From: Eledone cirrhosa
Lineage: Eukaryota
Assembly (NCBI GenBank): GCA_964016885.1
Contig: OZ024741.1
Coordinates: forward strand, 192,820,001 to 192,884,000
Direction of reading: 5' to 3'
DNA: 64,000 nucleotides
Positions 1-13,508 of this stretch are shown piece by piece; the stretch's first letter is position 1, and each line of letters starts with the position of its first letter. Below the pieces are notes generated by a model. The model saw only the letters and a program-made list of their open reading frames with translations, searched no databases and was not told the DNA's origin. A program made the position numbers and the translations under genes.

Positions 1-3000
1 ATAGTGTTGATGGTAATGGTGATGGTGGTGGTGATAGTGTTGATGATAATGGTGATGGTGGTGGTGATAGTGTTGATGGTAATGATGATGATGGTGGTGG
101 TGATAGTGTTGATGGTAATGGTAATGGTGGTGGTGATAGTGTTGATGATAATGGTGATGATGGTGGTGGTGATAGTGTTGATGATAATGGTGATGGTGGT
201 GGTGATAGTGTTGATGGTAATGGTGATGATGGTGGTGGTGATAGTGTTGATGATAATGGTGATGGTGGTGGTGATAGTGTTGATGATAATGGTGATGATG
301 GTGATGATGGTGTCGATGATAATGCTGATGATGGTGGTGATAGTGTTGATGGTAATGGTGATGATGGTGGTGATAGTGTTGATGATAATGGTAATGGTGG
401 TGGTGATAGTGTCGATGATAATGCTGATGATGGTGGTGATAGTGTTGATGGTAATGGTGATGGTGGTGGTGATAGTGTTGATGGTAATGGTGATGATGGT
501 GGTGATAGTGTTGATGATAGTGGTGATGGTGGTGGTGATAGTGTTGATGGTAATGGTGATGGTGGTGGTGATAGTGTTGATGGTAATGGTGATGATGGTG
601 GTGATAGTGTTGATGGTAATGGTGATGGTGGTGGTGATAGTGTTGATGGTAATGGTGATGATGGTGGTGGTGATAGTGTTGATGATAATGCTGATGATGG
701 TGGTGATAGTGTTGATGATAATGGTGATGGTGGTGATAGTGTTGATGGTAATGGTGGTGGTGGTGGTGGTAGTGTTGATGATAGTGGTGATGGTGGTGGT
801 GGTGATAGTGTTGATGATAATGGTGATGATGGTGGTGATAGTGTTGATGATAATGGTGATGATGGTGGTGATAGTGTTGATGATAGTGGTGATGGTGGTG
901 GTGGTGATAGTGTTGATGATAATGGTGATGATGGTGGTGGTGATAGTGTTGATGATAATGGTGATGGTGATGATGATGATAGTGTTGATGATAGTGGTGA
1001 TGGTGGTGGTGGTGATAGTGTTGATGATAATGGTGATGATGGTGGTGGTGATAGTGTTGATGATAATGGTGATGATGGTGATAGTGTTGATGATAATGGT
1101 GATGATGGTGATGATAGTGTTGATGATAATGGTGATGGTGGTGGTGATAGTGTTGATGGTAATGGTGATGGTGGTGGTGGTGATAGTGTTGATGATAATG
1201 GTGATGATGGTGGTGGTGATAGTGTTGATGATAATGGTGATGATGGTGATGATAGTGTTGATGGTAATGGTGATGGTGGTGGTGGTAGTGTAGATGGTAA
1301 TGGTGGTGATGGTGATGATAGTGTTGATGATAGTGGTGATGATGGTGGTGATAGTGTTGATGATAATGGTGATGATGGTGATAGTGTTGATGATAATGGT
1401 GATGGTGGTGGTGATAGTGTTGATGATAGTGGTGATGGTGGTGGTGATAGTGTTAATGATAATGGTGATGATGGTGATGATAGTGTTGATGGTAATGGTG
1501 ATGGTGGTGGTGGTAGTGTTGATGATAATGGTGATGATGGTGGTGATAGTGTTGATGATAATGGTGATGGTGGTGGTGATAGTGTTGATGGTAATGGTGA
1601 TGATGGTGGTGATAGTGTTGATGATAATGGTGATGGTGGTGGTGATAGTGTTGATGGTAATGGTGATGGTGGTGGTGATAGTGTTGATGGTAATGGTGAT
1701 GGTGGTGGTGATAGTGTTGATGATAATGGTGATGATGGTGGTGATAGTGTTTATGATAATGGTGATGGTGGTGGTGATAGTGTTGATGATAATGGTGATG
1801 GTGGTGGTGATAGTGTTGATGATAGTGGTGATGGTGGTGGTGATAGTGTTGATGATAGTGGTGATGGTGGTGGTGATAGTGTTGATGATAGTGGTGATGG
1901 TGGTGGTGATAGTGTTGATGGTAATGGTGATGGTGGTGGTGATAGTGTTGATGATAGTGGTGATGGTGGTGGTGATAGTGTTGATGATAATGGTGATGGT
2001 GGTGGTGATAGTGTTGATGGTAATGGTGATGGTGGTGGTGATAGTGTTGATGATAGTGGTGATGGTGGTGGTGATAGTGTTGATGGTAATGGTGATGGTG
2101 GTGGTGATAGTGTTGATGATAGTGGTGATGGTGGTGGTGATAGTGTTGATGATAATGGTGATGATGGTGGTGGTGATAGTGTTGATGATAATGGTGATGG
2201 TGGTGGTGATAGTGTTGATGATAATGGTGATGATGGTGGTGATAGTGTTGATGATAATGGTGATGGTGGTGGTGGTGATAGTGTTGATGATAGTGGTGAT
2301 GGTGGTGGTGATAGTGTTGATGGTAATGGTGATGGTGGTGGTGATAGTGTTGATGGTAATGGTGATGATGGTGGTGATAGTGTTGATGGTAATGATGATG
2401 GTGGTGGTGATAGTGTTGATGGTAATGGTGATGATGGTGGTGATAGTGTTGATGATAATGGTGATGGTGGTGGTGATAGTGTTGATGATAATGGTGATGG
2501 TGGTGGTGATAGTGTTGATGGTAATGGTGATGGTGGTGGTGATAGTGTTGATGGTAATGGTGATGATGGTGGTGATAGTGTTGATGATAATGGTGATGGT
2601 GGTGGTGGTGATAGTGTTGATGATAGTGGTGATGGTGGTGGTGATAGTGTTGATGATAATGGTGATGGTGGTGGTGGTGATAGTGTTGATGATAGTGGTG
2701 ATGGTGGTGGTGATAGTGTTGATGGTAATGGTGATGGTGGTGGTGATAGTGTTGATGGTAATGGTGATGGTGGTGGTGATAGTGTTGATGGTAATGGTGA
2801 TGGTGGTGGTGATAGCGTTGATGATGGTGGTGATAGTGTTGATGATAATGGTGATGGTGGTGGTGATAGTGTTGATGGTAATGGTGATGGTGGTGGTGAT
2901 AGTGTTGATGGTAATGGTGATGGTCGTGGTGATAGTGTTGATGATAATGGTGATGGTGGTGGTGATAGTGTTGATGGTAATGGTGATGGTGGTGGTGATA

Positions 3001-4936
3001 GTGTTGATGATAATGGTGATGGTGGTGGTGATAGTGTTGATGGTAATGGTGATGGTGGTGGTGATAGTGTTGATGGTAATGGTGATGATGGTGGTGATAG
3101 TGTTGATGGTAATGGTGATGGTGGTGGTGATAGTGTTGATGGTAATGGTGATGATGGTGGTGGTGATAGTGTTGATGATAATGCTGATGATGGTGGTGAT
3201 AGTGTTGATGATAATGGTGATGGTGGTGATAGTGTTGATGGTAATGGTGATGGTGGTGGTGATAGTGTTGATGATAATGGTGATGGTGGTGGTGATAGTG
3301 TTGATGGTAATGGTGATGATGGTGGTGGTGATAGTGTTGATGGTAATGGTAATGGTGGTGGTGATAGTGTTGATGATAATGGTGATGATGGTGGTGGTGA
3401 TAGTGTTGATGATAATGGTGATGGTGGTGGTGATAGTGTTGATGGTAATGGTGATGATGGTGGTGATAGTGTTGATGGTAATGGTGATGGTGGTGGTGAT
3501 AGTGTTGATGGTAATGGTGATGATGGTGGTGGTGATAGTGTTGATGATAATGCTGATGATGGTGGTGATAGTGTTGATGATAATGGTGATGGTGGTGATA
3601 GTGTTGATGGTAATGGTGATGGTGGTGGTGATAGTGTTGATGATAATGGTGATGGTGGTGGTGATAGTGTTGATGGTAATGATGATGATGGTGGTGGTGA
3701 TAGTGTTGATGGTAATGGTAATGGTGGTGGTGATAGTGTTGATGATAATGGTGATGATGGTGGTGGTGATAGTGTTGATGATAATGGTGATGGTGGTGGT
3801 GATAGTGTTGATGGTAATGGTGATGATGGTGGTGGTGATAGTGTTGATGATAATGGTGATGGTGGTGGTGATAGTGTTGATGATAATGGTGATGATGGTG
3901 ATGATGGTGTCGATGATAATGCTGATGATGGTGGTGATAGTGTTGATGGTAATGGTGATGATGGTGGTGATAGTGTTGATGATAATGGTAATGGTGGTGG
4001 TGATAGTGTCGATGATAATGCTGATGATGGTGGTGATAGTGTTGATGGTAATGGTGATGGTGGTGGTGATAGTGTTGATGGTAATGGTGATGATGGTGGT
4101 GATAGTGTTGATGATAGTGGTGATGGTGGTGGTGATAGTGTTGATGGTAATGGTGATGGTGGTGGTGATAGTGTTGATGATAGTGGTGATGGTGGTGGTG
4201 ATAGTGTTGATGATAATGGTGATGATGGTGGTGATAGTGTTGATGATAGTGGTGATGGTGGTGGTGATAGTGTTGATGATAATGGTGATGGTGGTGGTGA
4301 TAGTGTTGATGATAATGGTGATGATGGTGGCGATAGTGTTGATGATAATGGTGATGGTGGTGGTGGTGATAGTGTTGATGATAATGGTGATGGTGGTGGT
4401 GATAGTGTTGATGATAATGGTGATGATGGTGGTGATAGTGTTGATGATAATGGTGATGATGGTGGTGGTGATAGTGTTGATGATAATGGTGATGATGGTG
4501 GTGATAGCGTTGATGGTAATGGTGATGATGGTGGTGGTGATAGTGTTGATGATAATGGTGATGATGGTGGTGATAGTGTTGATGGTAATGGTGATGGTGG
4601 TGGTGATAGTGTTGATGATAATGGTGATGATGGTGGTGGTGATAGTGTTGATGATAATGGTGATGGTGGTGGTGATAGTGTTGATGATAATGGTGATGAT
4701 GGTGGTGGTGATAGTGTTGATGGTAATGGTGATGATGGTGGTGGTGATAGTGTTGATGATAATGGTGATGATGGTGGTGATAGTGTTGATGGTAATGGTG
4801 ATGGTGGTGGTGATAGTGTTGATGATAATGGTGATGATGGTGGTGATAGTGTTGATGATAATGGTGATAATGGTGATGATGGTGATGATAATGATGAGGT
4901 TAACGATGGTAATAGTAATGATGATAGTGGTGATGG
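1..4936. repeat. Compound minisatellite of ~27-36 bp units built from GAT/GGT/AAT triplets, anchored by GATAGTGTTGAT; open at the window's left edge
   Basis: Seen directly. Higher-order duplication: the rare variant GTGTCGATGATAATGCTG near 309 recurs near 3906 (offset ~3597). The M/V/I and S/P/L ORFs are repeat translations. Confidence 0.95.
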
Positions 4937-5232
4937 TTGTGTTTCAAAACACAGCAACAATCATAGTCGTAACGAAGAGAGCAGCATAACAAACAAAACA
5001 AGAGAGGCTGTTATGTGAAGAGTTACACAAAAACCTAAATGTCATATATATATAACCATGTAAGAGATAAACCTTATGTCGGCTGGACACAAGGAATCTT
5101 ACTGCCAAAACAATTTTGTGAGGAAATATAGAATAAAGACAGTTATCTTAAAATGCCTTCGCAAGATAGTTTGGAGGAAATTCTGAAATGAAATAACTCA
5201 AGCCACAAAGAAAACATTGCTCGTTTTTTAAT

Positions 5233-5554
5233 TCACCACCACCACCATAGCCACCACCACCACAGCCACCACCACCATAGCCACCACCACCACAGCCACC
5301 ACCACCACCATAGCCACCACCACCACAGCCCCCCCCCCCCACCATAGCCACCACCACCACCATAGCTACCACCACCACCACCACCACCACCACAGCCACT
5401 CCCCCATCATCATCATCAACAACAACAACAGCATCATCATCATTAACATTATTATCATTATCGTCATCATCAATAACAAAAACATCATCATCATTATCAT
5501 CATAATTATTATCATCATCATCATCATCATCATAATCATCCTCATCATCATTAA

Positions 5555-5590
<36 letters not shown>

Positions 5591-5625
5591 TAACATCATC
5601 ATCATTAACATCATCATCATCATCT
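5233..5625. repeat. (CCA)n-based repeat with TAG/CAG interruptions, followed by a (CAT)n microsatellite
   Basis: Seen directly. Confidence 0.9.
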
Positions 5626-7344
5626 TCACCGTTGTCGCGGTCATTTAATACATATTTTCCCTGCTAGCGACAACCAGGGATACTGCCCTCTCACATCTCC
5701 CTTAAATACGTTTCCCGCTTTCTACTGAGTGTAACCTAGTGCCAAATATTTACTATGCAACATTTATTAATACTTTCTTCCTTACTCAGAGGAGGAATAA
5801 AAGCACAGATATTTTTAGAACCTCTGAGTTTGGTGAGTAGAAGATAGAAAATTATCCCTAGACTTCATATATTATCACCATTGTCATCATCATCATCAAG
5901 ATACTATGGATCACCCCCAATGGGAATCCAATCTCTTCTATGGTGGCTGGTCAGGTTTTGGACTTAAGAAACTAAGTGCCGAAACAAATGCCGCAAGGCG
6001 TCTCGTGCAGAGCTAAAAAAAATCCGGCCAATTACCCGCCCTAAACACTTCGTTTTTAGATCCGAAAAGTTGACTGTGGCGAGAACTTAGAAGGCAAAGG
6101 GCTGGGGGAAATCTCGCAATGAGGATAGTGGCAGTATACTGGTTTGTTGAAGTATTTCAAAAGAATTTCAAAAATTTCAAAAATGTTTTAATGGCAGTAC
6201 TAGTTCATAATTAATTTTTACTTTGAGTTGTTGGTAAAATGAAAAGACTATCACTGATAGTGTTCACACAAAGGTTACAGTAAGAGGCCATTAAAATGGC
6301 GCCAAATGAAGGCTGAAAGTGCAGTTGACTTTTATCTGTTGCGATACAAGCTTTTGAAATAGTTACATCCATTATCATCATTATAATCATCATCATCATC
6401 ATCATCAACATCATCAGCAGCAGCATAATTCAGATTATCATTAACATCATCTAGAACTTACATTTGCATCGGTTAATTTTTATCGCTTAGTCTGGAGAGG
6501 TGGTAGTGGCCACGAATTTTTCTAGGCACTCAACGACTGGTGACTAGGAGATAGGAAGATAACATCCATTCACAGATCTAGCTCCAATGTTTGAAACAGA
6601 ACAGGCTTCTCTAAAGGGGCATCTGGTGCTGTTAAAACGGCCGATTTATTATTACGCTTAACTCCCAAGAGGCTACGGTGTGATTTGGACTTAGAATGCA
6701 AAGAGCCGGAACAGTGCTCTAATAATAATGAATTCTTTACTTATCTACCAAGAAAGGGTGAAAGGTGAAGTCAAAATGCAATGGGCAGGAAATAACACCG
6801 AAATGCCTTTCGTACGACGCTCTATCGATTCTGCCAGTTCTGACTACAGTCTCACTTTTGTTTGCTGTGTTATAACATTTGGAGGTGACTATGTTGAGTA
6901 TGTTGTGAGTGGGGATTTGCTATATTATTTAAAAATGATTGTATAGAATATGTGCCTCTGGTCAACCATGCGATAAACAGATTTAGCCAACCTATTGTAA
7001 ATATAATAATGTAGTGATGTTTCACGGTAAGATTCCTGTGGTGACATACGGATATATCCATAAATCCTGGGTTTTTTCCTTTCTTTCTTTCATATCAATT
7101 TCTTTTGATTTATCAACTGTTTCTATCCCCCACTTTTCCTCTCTGCTGAAAATATGGTTACCTAAAGAATTCACTAAACGGTAATCTGTTATCATGGTGA
7201 CACTATTATATGTTAGAAGCTATGTCTTGGCACAGTGGTTGGCAATGAAAGTATTTCTGAAACATTCTTCATTTAATGAATGTACAACGTTTCTATTTCA
7301 ATTAATTTAACAAATGTCTCATATTTAGTAAACCTTATAATACA

Positions 7345-7700
7345 GGGACATGGTAGAATTAGTAGATCGCATTGTTTAAGTTATGTCTCCTTCTAACGTT
7401 CTAAGTCTAAATCCCACTGTGGGTAAATTTTCAATCATATCCTTCAAGTGTCGATAAAATAATGATCAATCAAGTACAGAGATCGGTATACTCGACGGTA
7501 TTACCCTCCCCCAAAGGGTATATACTCTTCCAGTATGACATTTTTCGTAAGTTAGGCGATAGATTTCAACATCGTCAGGAATTTGGAAGAAGTACCTAAC
7601 AGTATTTAGTTACAGCTGCTTATGTTCTCTGTTTAAATCCTGCCTGTTTTGACTTAGCGCCGCATCTTTCCAGCGTTGATAACATAAAGTACCAATGAAA
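7345..7700 (+). mobile_element. Two old, degenerate copies of the tRNA-derived SINE
   Basis: Diverged B-box/core remnants (taagtctaaatccc...tcatatccttcaagtgtcgataaaat; gtttaaatcctgcc...catctttccagcgttgataacataaagtaccaat) that resemble the young copies at 35919 and 54181. Confidence 0.55.
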
Positions 7701-7920
7701 GACAAGAGATGATAAAATTAGTACTAGTGAAAAAGAGGGTCGATAAAAAATTAGGCCTGATAACACCGTTTGTTCTCTTCAAAACTGTGTCCTTGTGCAT
7801 ATGCTAGAAATTATTGTTAAACATATAAAGATGAAACACAGTGAGTGAAACTGGAAACACTGCGAAAGGAAATCGGAAATCCGGCGAAAGGAATTGGAAA
7901 ACATAACTCGTTCTTTAGAG

Positions 7921-8110
7921 CAGAGGTCCCCAACACCAGGCCGTGGACCGGTACAGGTTCGTGGGTTTGTTTAAATATTCAATATTAATCTACTTTAATA
8001 AATTGATGTTTTTATTATTACTCTCTTTATCGAAATGCTCTTAAATAACCCATATGTCCAACTACCGACATGAAGCCGGTCCGTGGTATAAAAAATGTTG
8101 AAGACCGCTG
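7921..8110. mobile_element. hAT (Charlie-like) MITE with 8-bp target site duplication
   Basis: Imperfect TIRs CAGAGGTCCCCAACA / TGTTGAAGACCGCTG. Perfect 8-bp TSD CTTTAGAG at 7913-7920 and 8111-8118. Subterminal inverted GTGGACCGG / CCGGTCCGT. Confidence 0.85.
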
Positions 8111-8373
8111 CTTTAGAGGTAAAAATATTTTCTCTATGTACAGACACACACACAGACACACACACACAAATAGAAACACACATATGTATATATGCACACA
8201 AACACATACAATTATGTGTGTGTGTGTGATACCCATACATTAATGTTCAGATTTGTCATTGTACCACACATATTAGGCTCACTTCATACAACATTCTACT
8301 AGGCTGCTCACTTCTTTGAGGACACGTCTTTTATTTGCTCTAACTTTTTTTGATCATCATTTCTTTTCAGATA

Positions 8374-9170
8374 ATGATGACAGACATCAAGTTAATTCAG
8401 CAAATGAAAAGGCACGCTGTAATTATTGCCTTAAAGGCAGAGCATAGTGACTTAGAGATTGATCGTTTCCTGGAAGTTGCATAGTCATTTATTGTTAAAG
8501 TTCATAAAGAGCTGGAAGCTACAAATCGGTACGAACGATGCAGACGATTATCGATATGAATATCAGAAAGTAAATTAGTGCTATTACTAAAGAGCTCAAG
8601 GTTCCAAGGCACACTAACAGAGGAATTGTGCATGAAGATCTTCGATACAAGTCATTTGTGATGCGGAGGATTCAATTCATGTCTACAAAGACAAAAGACA
8701 AACCTCTGATCCTCGCAAAGAGCTTGTTGAGCAAGTTGAAAAATCAAGAACCTGGAGTGCTTTCGTTTTTATTCTGAGGACCAAAAACATTGATCAGGAC
8801 CAAACGCTCAACCAAAGCAATGACAAATGGCTATGCAGATATGCTGAAGACGTTCCAATGGTCATACATACACATTTTTCGGCAGCTATGGTGGTTCTGG
8901 AAATCCTGATGAACGGGAAGGAGGGCATGGTTCCTGACTTCTTTACTCACTACTTAAGGGACAAGGCTGTTGACTATAAGGAAGTGTTAGAGAATGTTAT
9001 GATGTATTAAATAGAGAGCCTGGGTAAAGGAACGCCGTACACTTACCAACAATATCCTGCATCGTCTCATGAGGCCATAACGACCCAAGAATGGATGAGT
9101 TGCTATCTTCACGAACACGTCATCCGAAACATATGGCCTCATAGCTCTGAATCTGTAGAACTACTACGGG
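8374..9170 (+). pseudogene. Decayed Tc1/mariner-superfamily transposase
   Basis: Manual translation across stops and frameshifts: MTDIKLIQQMKRHAVIIALKAEHSDLEI..., VHEDLRYKSFVMRR..., TYQQYPASSH (FQQDxAxxH-like), TQEW, IWPHSS (WPxxSPDLNP-like). Confidence 0.75.
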
Positions 9171-9222
9171 CTTTCACATGATTTAAGTGTTGCCAATTTC
9201 ATATACAACTGTTGAGTTAAAC

Positions 9223-9380
9223 CGAGGCTATCGTAATTACACGTTTCTAAGAAGCAGCACTATTGGATCTAACCCAGAGGCTATAGTAATGGCGTTTCTA
9301 AGAAGCAGAACTATAGGATCGAATCCAAAGGCTATAATAATGACACGTTTCTATGAGACCGCACTATGGGATCTAATCCA
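9223..9380. repeat. Three diverged tandem copies of a ~53 bp unit
   Basis: Unit approximately GAGGCTATNGTAATGNCACGTTTCTAAGAAGCAGCACTATNGGATCTAANCCA, seen three times. Confidence 0.85.
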
Positions 9381-10609
9381 TGAACAAAAGAATGTGAAGT
9401 GGACTTATTAAACACTCAGCAATGCCTGCATCCATCGATTGATATCAAAGACCAGCCTCACTACCAGAATTTGGAATGTTACTCTCACTGGACCAAGTTA
9501 ATCAATTTTGTTAAATAAATTAAATGACTGTAAAGCAGTTGCAGCATTTGTAATTGCTTTCGGTAACATGCTCGTTAAATCACCACGAAACATTGGAAAG
9601 AAGATATCACTGGATGATCAAATTCATCGATTGTGTTCAATTAATTAAGCCACATCATTGAAATGGTTAATAATATGCTGTATTTAAGATTAGTTCTTAA
9701 ATACTATCAGGCTTGTGGAAAGATGATGCGACCGGATCAAGTTGAGAAATCTTGTTAAATATACTAAACTACTGACAAATATTCCTTGCATATGATATTG
9801 TGTTCTTTCAACCTTTTCCCTAACCCATTCACAATATTGCCACGGTTATGTTTCGCCTATGTAACGGAGTGAATTGAAAATGTTTTATTCATAAACATTT
9901 ATTAGGAAAACTTCACCTAGAAGTATTTAGAATCTAAAATCAACAATAAAGAGATGACTCCTAAAATATCAGTTTATCGAAATACGGAATCTCGTTTTTA
10001 AAGCAACGTAATCGTTTTAGTCTTGTGTGACCTCGGCGAAATATTCTATGTAAGTAAAGAGACTAAGAGTGAGAAATGTATATATAAATTGAAGGAATGT
10101 AATGAAGTATTTTGAAAAGCTGATCAATGTGATGTATTCAGCTGAGGTATAGCGTCTTGCTTTACGATTCAGAGAAACAATGGAATCGAAATACATCGAT
10201 CGTGATTCGTCAAAGATTAGACTGAGGATTTTATTTTCATATCGTGCCTTTGTTATTCAAACCCATTAAAAACGTTTCTTCCCTTGGTATCTAAGAGCAC
10301 ATATCTTAGCTCCCATAACTTAACATTTGTCTTTCGCGTTGAAGAAATAATCAAACGCAATTTTCACTACCAAAACGCCGATCATGATGAATTTTCTAAA
10401 CGCTCTTAATCGGCTGATCAACTCCTATATTATTTTATATAACTTCGACATTTTAAGCTCTATACAAACTACTCTAGTAGTTTCCTTTAAATAGGACCCA
10501 TCACTGGTTGTTTCCTACCTTTCCAGTTGTCTATGTCTACCAAACTAACTCTTTCATACGTTGGCTCTCAAAATTCTATGTTGGTGTAACCTATCTAAAT
10601 TAGCTGTGC

Positions 10610-11170
10610 AGATCCCAAACACTTATCCTGTAGGTCAACCTGGACCTGCCAGTTTGTGGGCGTCTTTTGCTTTAGATAGTTTCAAGTTGCAGATACCTAG
10701 ATGGTGATCAATTGACAGCTCTCTTAACACGAACATCCAGCACAGAATCGAAGAGTTCAGAGACAATAATGAAATCAATTATTCATCTCTACCCATGATT
10801 CTCCTTACACCATGTATATTTATGGATATATATGCTCGAAGACGGTGTTCATAACAGAGAGTCCAATATTAAAACATAACTCGAATAAGGCCTCTCCATT
10901 CGTATTTAGATCGTGATCGCCGTTCCTTCCAATGACTCCTTTCCATGTCAGGTGGTCAGAGCCAACATATGCATTAAAGTCTCCCATTAGGATATATAAG
11001 TCAGTCTTAACTACATCTAACGCTGCAGTGACTTCAGACTCCGTGTTAGGTGCATAAACATCCACCACCCACAAGGACCTATTTTTCAGCCTACGTTTCA
11101 AGTGGCAAATCCTCTCTCCTAATGGTATCCAGTCCATAACACATTCTGACAGCCGGGATCTTGTGAGTAC
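10610..11170 (-). pseudogene. LINE APE-type endonuclease fragment (inverted 5' part of a LINE)
   Basis: ORF 10820-11137 has VYAP, ILMGDFNAYVG, NG..LFELC and LSVMNTVFEH motifs; the downstream region reads YTW and IDFIIVS. Confidence 0.85.
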
Positions 11171-11895
11171 AGAATAACGTGGGAAACGTTGGTGGATAAG
11201 GAAGTCCGGACCAGGTATGCAGATACTATTGTATCCAAATTCAGAGAACTCCCTGAAAAAACTGAGGATGTTGAAATGGAGTGGAGATTGCTCAGCTCGG
11301 CAGTTTCTGCTTCAGCTGTTAAATGCTGAAGATGAAAGAGGATTAATGTGGTGTCAGATGACAGGAGGTCCCCATGGTTTTATTCCAGGGATCAAAGATG
11401 CCATCCGAGCAAAGAAAGAGGCCTACAAAGCTTGGCTTGGAAATAAGTCCTCCTTCTTGTACTTGTGCTGCAAGCAGGCACAAAGAATCACAGCAGAGAC
11501 AGTAAAGGCGTCCAAAGTTAAGACATGGTGGACTTTGGGATTAAGTTGGAATGCGACTTCAGATCAGCAAATAAAGTGATCTGGCAGGCCAGCCAATGAT
11601 TTCGTAATAAAGAGGTCATCCTCCACACCTGCTATCAGGAATGCCCTGGTGTTCTCCTCTCTACAGAGAGGTGCATTCCCGCAAGTTGGAGAGAATAACT
11701 TGCTGATCTCCTAAACCCGATCACAGCAGCATCTTCTGATATACAAGAGGTGCATCTGGGAGCAATGACTAATCTCTCGGAGGTCACAAGAGCAATTAAA
11801 GAGCTGAAAAGTGGTAAGGACGCTGGTGACAACAACATTCAGCCCAATTTGTTAAAAACCTTAAATATTCTCCGGATAACTCGTGTGTGCTGGGT
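11169..11895 (+). pseudogene. LINE ORF2 linker between endonuclease and RT (non-inverted part of the same LINE)
   Basis: RITWETLVDKEVRTRYADT..., IKDAIRAKKEAYKAWL and EVTRAIKELKSGKDAGDNNI (GKAxGxD motif). Ends before the RT core. Confidence 0.75.
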
Positions 11896-12037
11896 GAGAA
11901 ACCTTCACGTGAAGTTCCAGCCTCCTTTTCATCGTTATTTGAACTTATTAGGTTTGACATTTAAGCACTCATAAAGAGGATTAGTGAATTTGAGGTTGCA
12001 CAAATATCACTGTTTTTAAAGGTGACACAATCACTAA

Positions 12038-12227
12038 GTTATTATTATTATTATTTTTATTGTTTTTCCTTTTCCTTCAGTATAGTTCTGATATATGCCG
12101 AGTGTCTACCTGACACCTAGGGCAAATAAATTCGCTGTATACATTGGTAAGCCAGTTAACACACCACATTGAATATAATTTGTGTCTTATCATTCTTACA
12201 AAGAGATATCATTCTTACAAAAATAGT

Positions 12228-12314
<87 letters not shown>

Positions 12315-13508
12315 GCACACACATCCACACAAGGAGGGATATCATTCTTACAGACATAGTGCTCTTCTCAATATGTGTGCAGTACCAGTCAAAACAATTT
12401 TTTGCACCTCTTGCAGAGAGGGTAAACCAGGAATCATTCGCAAATACTGTTCTATTCCATTCTTGATCATTCCCAGTGCTCCCACAATTACTGGTATCGT
12501 AACGGCCTTGAGGTGTCACATTTTATTCGATTTCAATAAGCAGATCTTTATATTTTCTTAGCTTGTCGAATTCTTTTGCCGCGATATTCTGATCACATGG
12601 GATGCTCATATAAATCAATAAATAGAACTTGCTGTGTTGGTATTTTTCAATGATATTTGGTCTATTAGCTTTTATGATCCGGTCAGTATGTACGGGAAAG
12701 TCCCAAAGAATTGTTACTTTTTCTCCCTCAGTTACAGCCTCAGGGTGATGATTGTACCACTTGTCAGCAGCTTTGATTTTGTAATGCCGACATATTACCC
12801 AGTGTAGATATTGGCCAACTCTGTCATGTCTATATTTGTACTCTACTGGGGATAACACTTTACATCCAGAAACTAGGTGGTCCACTGTTTCAACCTCAGA
12901 ATTGGCACTTTGGGTTTATTCCGTTTCTCATCACACTGGCCTGGTAATTCCGTGTCAGTAAGCTTTGATCTTGAGCAGCTAAGATGAAGCCTTCAATCTC
13001 CGCCTTTAGCCCTGAACTACGTAGCCACTGATGGATGTGCTTTTAGTCAGCACTAGCTTGTTTGCTACGGGCCACATATTTGCCATCAGAGGTTTCTGTT
13101 CTCAATTTGATGCTAATTGCTCTTGCCTTTTTGCTTATGCCATTAATTTTATATGCTTAGCTACATCAATTACAACAGTTTCCTTAGTCTGTCCAGCCTG
13201 GGGATCAAGCATGAGATCAGCAGCATATTTTTTGCTCTCCTTCAAGATAAAATGAAGCTTTTTACTTCTCTCATGTTTTTCAACAAGTTTCAGTATACAG
13301 TCGTTTGTTGTTTCAAGGTATTTCGCCAGTCCAATAGTGGTGGTCTTATAGATAAGTTCAAATTGGATCAGGCCACGGCCTCCATGAGTTCTAGGAAGGT
13401 AAAGACGATCCACATGTGCTTTCGAGTGGTGCATCCTATTAAAAGTCAATAACTTACGGATTTTGGTGTCGATTGTTTTAATTTCACTCATATTCCAGGT
13501 CAACATAC
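12038..13508 (-). mobile_element. R4/Dong-type non-LTR retrotransposon, 3' part (RT thumb, CCHC region, restriction-like endonuclease, (TAA)n tail)
   Basis: DRLYLPRTHGGRGL, DHLVSGC...YKYRHDRV and ILWDF..TD..IKANRP motifs. (TAA)n at 12038-12054. Continues in register beyond the insertion at 16738. Confidence 0.88.
12233..12325. repeat. (CT)n(CA)n microsatellite inside the LINE 3' end, flanked by a ~28 bp direct duplication
   Basis: GATATCATTCTTACA(AA/GA)(A/C)ATAGTGCTCT occurs at ~12205-12232 and ~12338-12365. Confidence 0.8.

Noticed and set aside
1-4936. CRISPR-like periodic array
   Set aside because: The intervals are not unique spacers, there are no cas genes, and the context is eukaryotic.
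4-4989. Very long M/V/I and S/P/L ORFs
   Set aside because: Frame translations of a triplet-based minisatellite with no domain content; the +1 frame has an internal stop.
5148-5399. GGGY/GGGC glycine-rich ORF resembling cuticle or keratin-associated proteins
   Set aside because: It arises from a (CCA)n repeat beside a (CAT)n tract, with no independent gene structure.
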